The notes beneath the pieces were generated by a model. The model had not been told where the DNA came from and ran no database searches. It was given only the letters and a program-made list of their open reading frames with translations. A DNA stretch of 64,000 bases from an uncultured Acidobacteriota bacterium (GTDB lineage Bacteria; Acidobacteriota; Vicinamibacteria; Vicinamibacterales; 2-12-FULL-66-21), in the NCBI GenBank assembly GCA_963804795.1, contig CAWDRS010000012.1, positions 207,322 to 271,321 on the forward strand, read 5' to 3'. The position numbers and the translations under genes were made by a program. Numbering within the stretch: position 1 is the stretch's first letter; each line of letters begins with the position of its first letter. Below are positions 38,295 to 48,938 of this stretch, piece after piece.

Positions 38295-39364
38295 TCACGT
38301 GCCTCGAAACGATCCTGTGGGAGCGGCCGTCCGTCGACCACCATGGCCCGTGCGGCGAGATCGAATTGCAGTCGCGATCGAGCCGCGACCAGTGTGGCGG
38401 CACTGCTGACGAGCGCGCTGGCAATCACCGGCAAGGCAATGGTCGCGTCGGCGTGCACGGTCACCTGCTCGGCGTCCGCCGCGAGCTTGCCCCAGCTGCG
38501 CGCCTCGTCCAGGCTCGAGCCCGAGGCACCGCCGAAGTGGGGCACGTCGGTCACGATCTGCAGAGCGTAGCGATGCCCGCCGACCCGGTCGTCGTAGAAC
38601 TCCGCCTGGACCGTCGCCTGGTTGATGAAGTTCTTCGGCGTGCCGCCCCCACACACGATGGAGGCCGTGCGCGGCCGCCGAATCACGAGGTTCACCGACT
38701 CGATGATGTCGCCGATCACGTCGACGTGGCCTGCGTGCGGATCGGAGTGCCGCGCTTGCGAGAGTCCCATCCCGATCGATGAATCCGCGATCGCCGGACA
38801 GAAAATCGGGACGGCGGCGCGATAGGCGGACGTCAGGATGCCGTCGCGACCGGTCTCCTTCCACAGGTACTCACCCAGTCGATACAGGAGCTCGCGTGAC
38901 GTGTACGGACGGGGTTCGAGGGTCAGGGCGAAGCCGGCGATCCACTCGTCGTTCTCGACGAATTCGTCCTCGCTCGCATACGTGTCGTAGACACGGTCGA
39001 TGCGATGCGCCTGCAGCTCCGTGTCGTCGTCGCTGGCAGAGCCCACGTAGTGGCGACGCCCGAGGGTCTCGTGGAGATCGTGGTACAGGTTTGCACCGGT
39101 CGACACCAGGCAGTCGATGTAGCGGTCGGTGATGAGATGGGCCACCACGAGGCGCATTCCTCCCGCGCTGAGCGCTCCTGCCAATCCGAAGAAGATCGTG
39201 CAGTCGCTGCGGAGCATCTTTTCCCAGATGCGGCGCGCGGTCGCGAGGCTGCGTCCCTGGAAAGAGACGTGCTCCATCCGTTCCAGGACCTCATCGACAG
39301 TGAGTCCGGGGCGGACGACCAGCGGCTCGACAGGCACCCGCAGGAAGCGCGACTTGTTCTTCAT
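38291..39364 (-). CDS. Deoxyhypusine-synthase-like protein (DHS family)
   Basis: 357 aa. FQGRSLATARRIWEKML...IFFGLAGALSAGGMR...IDCLVSTGANLYHDLHE. Stop overlaps the speB start (ATGA). Confidence 0.8.
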   Translation of the reverse strand: MKNKSRFLRVPVEPLVVRPGLTVDEVLERMEHVSFQGRSLATARRIWEKMLRSDCTIFFGLAGALSAGGMRLVVAHLITDRYIDCLVSTGANLYHDLHETLGRRHYVGSASDDDTELQAHRIDRVYDTYASEDEFVENDEWIAGFALTLEPRPYTSRELLYRLGEYLWKETGRDGILTSAYRAAVPIFCPAIADSSIGMGLSQARHSDPHAGHVDVIGDIIESVNLVIRRPRTASIVCGGGTPKNFINQATVQAEFYDDRVGGHRYALQIVTDVPHFGGASGSSLDEARSWGKLAADAEQVTVHADATIALPVIASALVSSAATLVAARSRLQFDLAARAMVVDGRPLPQDRFEARE

Positions 39365-39452
39365 GCCGGGACATATGTTAGTGCACGGAGCGGAGTCTCT
39401 CGTCGGCGCCGGGTCTGAAGACCTCGCGGCTGCAGACTATGAATCCCCTGGT

Positions 39453-42322
39453 TCAGAACGCCCGGCCGATGCGGCCGAAGATCGCTCCGCTGTTCCGGTT
39501 GCTGAGGCCGTCATGCCGCCAAGCGGCGCCCGACGTCAGCGTGATGGGCAATGCGTATCCGAGAACCGTATCGGCCGACAGCTCCACGCCGAGAGAGACG
39601 CGGACGTCGCGCATCCGAAACTTGTCGTTCCACGCGTGGCCGGCATCCGCGAAGACCGTGCCGTGGATGGTGCGGACGAAGGCCGGCAGAGTCCCCGCTC
39701 CACGCTCGACCCGCAGAATCGGAAACCGATAGTCGAGGTTGGCAACGATCGCGTGCCAACCGCGCGTGTCGTCGTCGAAACCTCGAATGAGGCCGATGGC
39801 GTCCTCGCCGAACAGGAACCCGCCGGCCTGCGGCCCGTTGCCGGTCTGGGTGAATTCGCGTCGAACGCTCTCGTCGCCCCACGACTGTGCGGCTGCGAGG
39901 CGTGCGGCCACCACGCGGTGCGGGCCCCCGCTCGACGGTACCCGCGCACGTCGGCGACGACCGATCCGGCGTCGCCGTCGCTGCCGAGCGCCTGCGCGAT
40001 CAGCTCGTTCGTCGCGCTCAGACTCCAGCCTTCCTCCCGGCTGATCGAGAATCCATACTGCTTGGCGGACGAAAAGGCATAGCCGGACCTGATCGAGCGC
40101 CGGGCCGCGCGCTGGTCGATCGGACGGTCGCAGGTGGCGCACGCGATCGTGTCGGTCGCGACGTGCAACGCGCCCAGCACCGACTGCGCCGATCTCACGC
40201 GCTTCCAGGGCAGGACGACGCCGGCATTCAGCTCTGTCGAGCGGACCTCTCCGCTTCGAAACGGGTCCGTGTCGTCGGCGGCGCTCAGGAAGACCGCAGG
40301 CCACCAGCGATCGTAGAGGTACGCCACGTTCCAGTCGGGACGCGCTCGCGATGGAGCCCATTCGACGTCGGCGAAGTAGGCATGGCGCCCCAGCGCGTCC
40401 GCCCCGCCGATCGCAGCACCCGCAACGGTCTCCCCGTTGTCCGATCCGACCGTCGGTGTCCAGAAGCGCGGCGCGAGGGTTGGCCACGGCCGATAGTTGC
40501 GCCCGGCCGCGTCCGAGACCGGGACCGTCCGCGCCGCGGCTTGTGTGGGCAACTCGCCCTCAACGCGCGACCAGCGCGCGCTGTCGAGCGGCAGCTTGAA
40601 AAGGTCGTAGCCGTCGGGCGTGTACCCGACGTAGACGAGCGTGCGGCCGTCATCGGATACATCGGGAGACTGGGCGCTGGCACCCGTGCCCTCCAGCCGA
40701 TCCACCGCGCCCGTCTGGAGATCGACGACGAAGAGACGAAACGGTCCTCCGTCCCTGTCCGACGCAAACAGCAGGCGGCCGTCCGGCATCCACGCTGGCG
40801 ACACGCACCGGGAGGTCTTCGAACCTGCCGCGACCGTCATGGATCGGGTCGCCACATCGACGATCACGATCTCCGGCAGCGCGCCGCGCACGTGACGTTC
40901 CACGGCGATACGTCGCCCATCGCGAGACCACTGCGGTGACGTGAACTCCGTGTCTGGCGCCGACGCGAGGATCGTCGAGGGACCCACCGATGCGGCAGGT
41001 GCGCTGCGCAGCGTCGCGACAGACAAATCCCGGCGGTCTTCGCGCTGCGTAGTGAAGACGACTGTTCTGGCGTCCGGGGATACATCGGGGTCAGCGGCAC
41101 GAAATCCGTGCGTCAAACGCACTCGCTGGCCCGTATCCGGGGCAAAGGCGTACAGATCGCCCTGCAGGCCGACGTTTGCCACGAACTCCACCTGATCGAA
41201 GACGACCAGGGTGCCCGCAAATCCCACTCGCTCGCCCAGGTACCGGGTCGTCACCTCTCGAGGCTGCGACGCGCTTCGATCGAGCGCCATCAACGACGGG
41301 AAGCCGTGCGGGTTGACGGTCGAGTAGTAGAGGCTCCCGTCCGGCGCGAAGCGGGGGCCCGACACCGTAAATCCGTGATGCGTGAGCCGCGTCGCGGTCG
41401 CGGCCTCGGAGTGCTCACCCTGACGCATCTCCAGCTCGAAGTCAGACCACAAGCGTCCGAGCGACCGGCCGAAGACTCGACGAAAGGCCGGCGCACCGAA
41501 GTAGGGAAGCCGGCGACCGGTCTCGTCGGCGAGTTGCCGCAGCTTCTCGGGACCGTGGCGATCCGCGAGGAATCGGTGAAAGAGCGCGCCGTAGGCGTAC
41601 TGCGCGTTGCCACCTGGCCAGTCGTCCAGGCCGCCGTTCACGCGATCGAGCGGCTCGAATCGGGATGCGGACGCCGCGCGCGTCACTATCTGCCGGAAGT
41701 CGCCTGCGCTCACTCGGCCGTACCCGGTCTGCGCGCTCTCCTCGAACGTCGCGATGCCCTCGATCGCCCACAGTGGCAACGCGAGATTGGGGAAGAGCAC
41801 CGGGTTGCGTCCGAACGCCCGCCGGAGCCCGCCGATCCACCCGCTCGATCGGCCCAGGTGAACGATGTGGGTGTACTCGTGAGTGAAGACGACCCGCAGC
41901 CAGTCATCGATATTGCCGATCGTGCTGTCGCCGCCGGGCCCGGCCGCACTGATCTCGATCAGGTTGTAGGGAACAGGCGTGGCCCACCCGTTTGGCAGGT
42001 CGCTCTGGTTGACCAGGACCACCTGCACCCGGCCCGACGCCGGACCGAGCGTCCGATCGAGCTGTGTCGCGACGTCCTCCGCGATGAGCGCCAGCCGGCG
42101 CGCCTCAGCCTCTTCGCCCTGATGAAAGTGGATATCGAATCGGGGCGTCGCAATCGTCCGAAACCGCAGGCGCGGATCGTACCGGCTCGCGGCGATCGCC
42201 CGCTCACACGTCAAGCTCACTATGCTCAACACGCTCAGCATGCTCAGCATGCTCATGGCGGCGAGCTGCAGCAGAAACCCGAGGAGCCGACGCGTGGCGC
42301 GGCCGCCGGCGCGGCTGCTCAT
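39453..42322 (-). pseudogene. HExxH metallopeptidase - PD40/TolB-like beta-propeller - C-terminal outer-membrane beta-barrel protein, -1 frameshift
   Basis: ATG 42322, signal anchor. VVFTHEYTHIVH zinc motif. PD40-like repeats (SPDARTVVFT, SRDGRRIAVE, WMPDGRLLFASDRDG, DVSDDGRTLVYVG). Barrel C-terminus in ORF 39453..40487 ends ...GAIFGRIGRAF. Frames join at ~39938..39941 (ADVRGY / PSSGGPHRVVAARL). Restored length ~956 aa. Confidence 0.7.
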
Positions 42323-42543
42323 TCGTGCGTGCCGGACGGCGGAGTCGACCGCGTGACGCCCGTGAGGAAGGAGAAATCGGCTACGGGTGAGAGCTGCACG
42401 CCGCGGAAGGCCGGTTGCGCGACTGCGACGTTCGTCTTGTACCAGAGGCTGATGTACGGCACATCCTGCGCGATGAGCGCGCATCCTCCGGCGAGCGTCA
42501 GCGCCGCGGCGAGCAACCAGAGGCGACCTGACGATGCCGTCAT
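42319..42543 (-). CDS. Small secreted protein or possible lipoprotein (74 aa)
   Basis: MTASSGRLWLLAAALTLAGGCALIAQD... signal-like N-terminus. ATG overlaps the mutS stop (ATGA at 42540..42543) and its TGA overlaps the next ATG (42319..42322). The alternative frame here is Arg-rich nonsense. Confidence 0.5.
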   Translation of the reverse strand: MTASSGRLWLLAAALTLAGGCALIAQDVPYISLWYKTNVAVAQPAFRGVQLSPVADFSFLTGVTRSTPPSGTHE

Positions 42544-45180
42544 TCCGCCTCGCGCTTCAGCTCCGCGAGCAGTGCGAGCGCTTGCAGCGGCGTCAGATTG
42601 TCGACGTCCACGGCGCGCAGGCGCGCGCGCAACGCGTCGTCCTCCACGACGGGCGCCTGGAACAAGCCGAGTTGCTGCCGGCGTTCGCCGCTGCCGCTGA
42701 GGGACGGGCGCCCGCCGCGCGAGAGCTCATCGCGCTCGAGCCCGTTGAGGATCTCGCGCGCGCGCACGACCACCGACGGCGGCAGCCCGGCCAGCCGAGC
42801 CACCTGGATCCCGTAGCTCCGGTCGGAGCGTCCCGCCACGACCTTGCGGAGGAAGACGATGTCGTCGTTCCACTCGCGCACGACGACGTGGAAGTTGGCA
42901 ACCGAGGACAGCGCATCGGCCAGATCCGTGAGCTCGTGGTAGTGCGTCGCGAAGATCGTCTTCGGGCGTGCGCGGCTGCCCGACGCCAGGTGCTCGGCCA
43001 CCGCCCAGGCGAGGCTCAGACCGTCGAACGTGGCCGTGCCGCGCCCGATCTCGTCGAGGATCACGAGGCTCCGCGAGGTCGCGCTGTGCAGGATGTTCGC
43101 CGTCTCCTGCATCTCCACCATGAACGTCGACTGGCCGCGGGCGAGGTTGTCGGACGCTCCGACGCGCGCGAAGAGCCGGTCGACGACCGGGAGCTTTGCC
43201 GATCGCGCCGCGACGAACGAGCCTGCTTGCGCCATCAGGCAGAGGAGCGCCGTCTGCCGCAAGTACGTGGACTTGCCGCCCATGTTCGGGCCGGTCAGGA
43301 TCACGACCTGATGGCCGGCCGAATCGAGTGCCACATCATTCGGAACGAACGCATCCGATACGTGCCGCTCGACCACCGGATGTCTCGCGTCGGAGGCCGT
43401 CAGCTCGTCGCCGGCGTGCACCATCGGCTTCGTGTAGTTCAGTGCGGCCGCCGCATCCGCGAGCGCGCTCAGGACGTCGAGCGCGGCAAGAGCGCGGGCC
43501 GTGTCCTGGATGCGCGGCGCGGCGGCGGCGACGCGCGCTCGAAGCGCCTCGAAGATGGCGAGCTCCTTCTCGAGAATCTTTTCGTCCGCGCCGAGGACCT
43601 TCTCCTCGTAGTCCTTGAGCGCCGGCGTGATGAATCGCTCGCCGCCGGCAATCGTCTGTTTGCGGTGATAGTCCGACGGCACGTTGGCGAGGTTCGACTT
43701 CGAGATCTCGATGTAGTACCCGAACACGCGGTTGTAGCGGATCTTCAGGGAGGTGATCCCGGTGCGCGCCCGCTCCGCATCCTCCATCTCCGCGATGCGC
43801 TGCTTGCCCGACCGGCTGATGCTGCGCAGGTCGTCGAGGTCGGGATCCACGCCATCGCGGATCGCGCCGCCGTCGCGCGCAAAGGCCGGCGGCTCGTCGA
43901 GGAGCGTCTGCTCCAGCGCCTGCCGGACATCGACGAGATCGTCGAGCTCCGCGAGCAGGCTCCGGACGAGCGGAGCCTGGAGATCCTCCAGCAACAGCTT
44001 CACGCGCGGGACGGCGGCGAGCGACTGGCGGAGCGACACGAGGTCGCGCGGACCAGCGGTGCCCAGCGCCGCGCGGCCGACGAGCCGCTCGACGTCGTGG
44101 ATCGTCTTGAACGTGTCGCGAACCTTTGCGCGCTCGGTCGTCCGGAAGGCAAACTCCTCGACGGCGTCGAGCCGATCCTGGATGCGCTCCAAGGACAGGA
44201 GTGGCCGGAGGAGCCACGCTCGCAGCATCCGGCCGCCCATCGGCGTGACCGTGCGATCGATCTCGTCCAGGAGCGACCCCGCACGCGTCCCACCGGAGGA
44301 TTCGATCACCTCCAGGTTGCGCATCGTCGTCGGGTCGATGAGCAGGCAGTCGGCCCCGGCGCGGAATCCGATTTCGCGGACGTGGGCGAGGTCGGCCTTC
44401 TGCGTGTCGCGCAGGTAGTGCACGAGTGCGCCGGCTGCGCGGACGGCGGCGGGATGCGCCTCGAGGCCGAAGCCGTCGAGCCCGTGTGTCTTGAGCTGCT
44501 CGATCAGCGTGCGCCGCGCGGGCTCCAGGTCGAAGGCCCAGCCGTCGATCGAGGTCACGCGTGCCTGCAGCTCCGAGGTACCGGGCGGCAGGGAAGCGGG
44601 CGTGGAGTGATCCGGCAGTAACAGCTCGCGAGGGCGCAGGATCATCAGCTCGTCGGCGAGTGCCTGCGGGCCGTCGGCGCCGGGATACTCCGCGGTGGTG
44701 AACTCGCCTGTCGACAGATCGAGTACGCGCCGCACCAAGCCCGTGGGCGTCGACAGCCGGAGCAATCGCGATCAGCAGCGCCGGCTCCCGGGCCTCGAGG
44801 TAGCCGGCATCCGTGAGCGTGCCTGGCGACACGACGCGCACGACTTCGCGCCGCACCAGGCCCTTGACCTTACGCGGATCTTCGACCTGCTCGCACACCG
44901 CCACCCGGAAACCCTTCCGCACGAGGCGGGCGATGTACGTGTCCGCGGCATGATGAGGCACGCCGCACATGGGAATGGCGCCGCCGTTCGCGTCCTTGGA
45001 CCGCGACGTCAGCGTCAACTCGAGGGCGCGCGCCGCCGTGAGCGCATCCTCGTAGAACATCTCGTAGAAGTCCCCCATGCGGAAGAAGACGATCGCGTCG
45101 CGGTGCTGTCGCTTTGCGTCGAAATACTGCCGCATGGCCGGCGTCGCGCCGGCTGGTTCGGAAAACACAGGGGACGTCAT
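42540..45180 (-). pseudogene. mutS: DNA mismatch repair protein MutS with a +1 frameshift after the mismatch-binding domain
   Basis: N-terminus in ORF 43336..45180 ([34 protein letters not shown]...GVPHHA). Remainder in ORF 42540..44765 ([14 protein letters not shown]...GPNMGGKSTYLRQ...STFMVEM...DEIGRGT). Frames meet between ~44725 and 44750. Restored length ~879 aa. Confidence 0.9.
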
Positions 45181-45233
45181 CGGGTTGCTGGAACGAATGG
45201 CTGGCAGAGCGTCTCGTGTCGAAAACCCGTGGC

Positions 45234-45251
45234 GCAGGGCTTCAGCCCTGC
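45234..45251. repeat. REP-like hairpin GCAGGGC-TTCA-GCCCTGC
   Basis: Perfect 7-bp stem. Related to the element at 7674..7718. Lies in the mutS/tsaB divergent intergenic region. Confidence 0.5.
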
Positions 45252-45342
45252 CGCAGCGCCGGCCTTGACGGACGGCGCGACGAGGTTTTGGAACCAGTGC
45301 TCGTGACGCGAGTATAACATTGAGCCCATTGGCTTTCTTCGC

Positions 45343-46037
45343 ATGATTGTCCTCGCGCTCGACACAACCGGACGGGCCGGGAGTGCCGCGATCGTCCAGG
45401 GCGGCGTGGTGCTCGCGGAACTATCCGGCGATCCCGCGGTCACACACGGGCAGCGGCTGCCGGGCGAGTTGATGCGTCTCGTCGACGATGCCGGTATCGC
45501 CCTGGAGGCTGTGGATCTGCTCGCTGTGGCTGCGGGGCCAGGATCGTTCACGGGCCTTCGGGTAGGTATCGCCACGATGCAGGGGCTCGCGGTGGCGACA
45601 GGCAAGCCGATCGTGCCGGTCTCGACGCTCGAGGCGCTCGCAAGGGCCGGATTCAAAGAGGGCGACGCCCTGGTCGCCCCGTGGATCGACGCGCAGCGTG
45701 GCGAAGTCTTCGGCGCGCTCTATGACACCGGGAGAACGCCAATCGGCGAACCGACGGCGCTCCCGCCGGCAGCAACCCTGACGTCGCTCGCCACGATCGC
45801 AGGCGGCCGACGGATCCGGCTCGTTGGGGACGGCGCCGTTCGGTATCGAACACCATTGCGAGCGCGCTCGACGTACGCGCTGATGTCGATCCCGTCGTCC
45901 CGACGCTGGCCTCCTGGATCGCCAGAATCGCGGCGGAGGCGCCCGGGCGCGCGATTGCGCCGCACGCCGTTGCGCCAATTTATGTCCGGCGTCCTGACGC
46001 CGAGCTCGCCAGAGACCGGCGGGCGCGTGAAGCCTGA
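45343..46037 (+). pseudogene. tsaB: tRNA t6A37 biosynthesis protein TsaB with a -1 frameshift
   Basis: [18 protein letters not shown]...AAGPGSFTGLRVGIATMQGLA in frame 1 up to GDGAVRYR. True C-terminus TIASALDVRADVDPVVPTLASWIARIAAEAPGRAIAPHAVAPIYVRRPDAELARDRRAREA* is in frame 0 from 45852 (stop 46035..46037). One base is missing at ~45850. Confidence 0.85.
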
Positions 46038-46091
46038 GCCGACCGGTGGCGGCACAATGAGACCTCGCACACCCCCGCACACGCGCCGCCG

Positions 46092-46586
46092 ATGATCGTC
46101 GAACGGCTCACCGACGATAACGACCTGGACGCCGTCGTCGCGCTCGAAGCGGCGTCCTTCACGAACCCCTGGACGCGGGACATGTTGACGCGGGAGCTCG
46201 CGCAGCCGACCTCTGCGCGCGTGTACGTGCTCCGCCTGACCGAGGTCCGCGTGGCCGCATTCTGCTCGTGCTGGGTGATCGCCGACGAGCTCCACATCAA
46301 CACGATTGCGGTCGACCCGGTACGCCGGCGGCAAGGCCTGGGCCGCGCCTTGATGGTGCAAGTGCTCGCCGAAGTGGCTCTCGAAGGGGTCAGGCGCGCC
46401 ACGCTCGAAGTGCGCCGATCCAATGCCGCCGCCCTGCGGCTCTACGAGGGACTTGGGTTCGCCGTCGCCGGTGTGCGGAAACGGTACTACACGCATCCCG
46501 AGGAAGATGCGCTGATCCTGTGGCGTGAAACAAACGTGGCGGGCCCGATTTCCGAGAAATCTCAAATGCCGTGGAACCGTCCTTGA
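46092..46586 (+). CDS. rimI: Ribosomal-protein-alanine N-acetyltransferase
   Basis: GNAT fold. FTNPWTRDMLTREL..., IAVDPVRRRQGLGRALM, LEVRRSNAAALRLYEGLGF. Follows tsaB as in many bacteria. Confidence 0.85.
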   Translation: MIVERLTDDNDLDAVVALEAASFTNPWTRDMLTRELAQPTSARVYVLRLTEVRVAAFCSCWVIADELHINTIAVDPVRRRQGLGRALMVQVLAEVALEGVRRATLEVRRSNAAALRLYEGLGFAVAGVRKRYYTHPEEDALILWRETNVAGPISEKSQMPWNRP

Positions 46587-46669
46587 AGGCCCTGCTCTCT
46601 TGTGCTACCGTGCCCCTTACCGAGTGTTTCTGCGGAGACATATGCAATCTCTTCTCAAAGGAGGCGAAG

Positions 46670-46918
46670 ATGCCGACAGACTTCGAAGAGCTGAAGCGAA
46701 AGCTTCTGCAAACCGATGAGGAGTTCCGCCGGCTCGCTGCTCAGCATCACCACCTCGACGAGCAAATCCACAACCTGGCAACCCGCCATCACCTTTCCGA
46801 ACCCGAGCAAGTCGAAGAAGTCACCCTGAAAAAGCGCAAGCTCCACCTGAAGGATCAGATGGAAATGATCCTGCGGCGAAGCGCTGACGGTTCGATCGTT
46901 CCGGCGGCGCGGCACTGA
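46670..46918 (+). CDS. DUF465 (YdcH-like) coiled-coil protein
   Basis: ATG 46670 preceded by AAGGAGG. LKRKLLQTDEEFRRLAAQHHHLDEQIHNL...EVTLKKRKLHLKDQME. Confidence 0.7.
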   Translation: MPTDFEELKRKLLQTDEEFRRLAAQHHHLDEQIHNLATRHHLSEPEQVEEVTLKKRKLHLKDQMEMILRRSADGSIVPAARH

Positions 46919-47003
46919 CCGACCGCCCCGCCTTACGTGATGGATCTTCGGGCCAGCCACCGGCCCGCCGGTGCTGGCCCTTCGTGTTTCGCTCCCTGCG
47001 TCC

Positions 47004-47642
47004 ATGAAAATCGATCGCGCCGGGTATCCGTTCATCGCGGCCGCACTCGTGCCGGCTGCTGGGCTCGCTGCCGCTCGGCGCTATGGCTGGAGTGCCGGCT
47101 TCGCCGCTCTCGGCGGCTTCCTGACGTATTTCTTCCGCGACCCCGACCGACAGGTGCCGACGGCTCCGGGCCTTGTCGTGTCGCCCGCCGACGGACGGGT
47201 GATGTCTGCAGGACCGGGTGACCCGCGATGGGCGCCTCCGGGTGACTGGCTTCAGATCACCATCTTTCTGTCGCCGCTCGACGTCCACATCAACCGTTCA
47301 CCGGTCGAAGGGCGCCTGACGCGGATCGAGTATCGGCCCGGCCGTTTTCTTCCGGCGTTCGACGAGAAATCCAACGACAACGAGCTGAACGAGATCTGGA
47401 TCGATCACGAAGGCCGTCCCGTCGTCGTCCGGCAGGTTGTTGGCATCCTCGCGCGGCGGATCGTATGCCGCGTTCGAGAGGGTGAAGACATCGGGCGAGG
47501 CGAGCGGATCGGCCTGATGAAGTTCGGATCCCGCATGGATGTCTTCCTGCCAACCGACGCACGGCTGCGCGTAGCGGCCGGCGATCGCGTGATCGGTGGT
47601 GAAACGGTGCTGGCGACGCTGGAGCCTTCCGGTGCTCGGTAA
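47004..47642 (+). CDS. psd: Phosphatidylserine decarboxylase (short, Asd-type proenzyme)
   Basis: SPADGRV..., IFLSPLDVHINRSPV, self-cleavage motif KFGSRMD. Start ATG 47004 (MKIDRAGYPF). Confidence 0.85.
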   Translation: MKIDRAGYPFIAAALVPAAGLAAARRYGWSAGFAALGGFLTYFFRDPDRQVPTAPGLVVSPADGRVMSAGPGDPRWAPPGDWLQITIFLSPLDVHINRSPVEGRLTRIEYRPGRFLPAFDEKSNDNELNEIWIDHEGRPVVVRQVVGILARRIVCRVREGEDIGRGERIGLMKFGSRMDVFLPTDARLRVAAGDRVIGGETVLATLEPSGAR

Positions 47643-48432
47643 CTTTCCGCTGCGTCGCCGGGAGGATCAGCCGCGACGATTCCGCCGCGGCGTGTTCCTG
47701 CTGCCTTCGCTCTTCACGGTCGCGAACCTGTTCTGCGGCTACGCGTGCGTGGTCTACGCCACGCGCGCCGACTTCGACACGGCCGCCCTCTTCATCGGGA
47801 TCGCGATGGTGCTCGACACGCTCGACGGTCTCATCGCGAGGCTGACGAACTCGTCCACCGCCTTCGGTGTGCAGCTCGATTCGCTGGCCGACGTCGTATC
47901 GTTCGGCCTTGCGCCGGCGATCCTCGCGTTCACGTGGGGGCTCTGGCCGCTCAAGCGACTCGGGTGGGCGGCCGGCTTCATCTATGTCACCGCCGCCGCG
48001 ATGCGGCTCGCCCGGTTCAACATCCAGACGACGACGGCAACGGACAAGCGGCATTTCGTCGGCCTGCCGAGCCCCGCGGCCGGCGCCGTCATCGCGTCGA
48101 CCGTGTATCTGTTCCCCTACGGCCTGCAGGAACCAGGCACGGCCGCGCCCGCGCTGGCGATGGTCCTCGTGCCCGCCTTCCTCATGGTGAGTACCATCCG
48201 CTTCCGGAGTGTGAAGGCCATCGACATGGGGTGGCGGCGTTCGTACCTCGCGCTGTTCCTCGCCGCCGTCGTGCTCGCGCTCATCGCGTCGCACCCCCGG
48301 CTCGCGCTCGTCATCATGTCCTACACCTACGTGGTGTTCGCGTGTGTGATGTGGGGGGTGGGGAAGTTCGGAAAGAGGCATGCGGCCGATGGCAGTCGTG
48401 CCGAGGAGACGCATGAGAGGTACCTGGAGTGA
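47596..48432 (+). CDS. pssA: CDP-diacylglycerol--serine O-phosphatidyltransferase
   Basis: CDP-alcohol phosphatidyltransferase motif DTLDGLIARL...FGVQLDSLADVVSFG. Alternative start GTG 47632 would overlap the psd stop by only 11 nt. Confidence 0.85.
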   Translation: MVKRCWRRWSLPVLGNFPLRRREDQPRRFRRGVFLLPSLFTVANLFCGYACVVYATRADFDTAALFIGIAMVLDTLDGLIARLTNSSTAFGVQLDSLADVVSFGLAPAILAFTWGLWPLKRLGWAAGFIYVTAAAMRLARFNIQTTTATDKRHFVGLPSPAAGAVIASTVYLFPYGLQEPGTAAPALAMVLVPAFLMVSTIRFRSVKAIDMGWRRSYLALFLAAVVLALIASHPRLALVIMSYTYVVFACVMWGVGKFGKRHAADGSRAEETHERYLE

Positions 48433-48448
48433 CGGAGAAGAACAAATC

Positions 48449-48475
48449 CAACAGGGAGGAGGGGAGGAAGGGAGG
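48449..48475. repeat. Left arm of a 27-bp purine-rich inverted repeat
   Basis: CAACAGGGAGGAGGGGAGGAAGGGAGG. Reverse complement of 48939..48965 is CAACAGGGAGGTGGGGAGGAGGGGAGG (25/27). Confidence 0.75.
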
Positions 48476-48598
48476 AACTCACAGTCGCACATCGCGGACG
48501 ATCGCATCGGAAGTCAGACTGCACGCGAGCCCACGCATCGTCTCATGCGAGCGCGACTTGAAGTTGAAGCAGGCCAACAGGGCTGCCTGTCACTGCAG

Positions 48599-48915
48599 AT
48601 AGTATCGCTGCGCGATCACGGTGCAAGGCACCGCTTGACTCTCGAGTCTGTCTACAACGTGTCCGCGCGAATCCGCTCCAGGTCCCTGTGAAGCGAAGCC
48701 GACTCCGGTCTACTGAGGCATGCTCAGCTCGAGCGGCTTCTGCGACTGACTCGAGAAACGGCTCATGAGTGAAGCGGTAAGGCACGTCGATCCACAACGC
48801 TCAAGTGATCACACTCAAGCTCACCGGTTGCGCGGTAGGTCTCCTCCTGAATTTCAACGTTCCGATCCTGCGGCATCGGGATCCGCCGTCTCCTCCATCC
48901 ATCCTTGCGGAATAG
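48599..48915 (+). pseudogene. Heavily decayed GxxExxY-family (PD-(D/E)XK-like) gene
   Basis: Family-like segments scattered over frames: IVSLRDHGARHRLTLESVYNV; GPCEAKPTPVY*GMLSSSGFCD*LEKRLMSEAVRHVDP; IHNAQVITLKLTGCAVGLLLNFNVPILRH(G)IRRLLHP. At least 4 frameshifts and 2 in-frame TGA. Confidence 0.6.
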
Positions 48916-48938
48916 AGACACGGAAACAGAATGACGAA

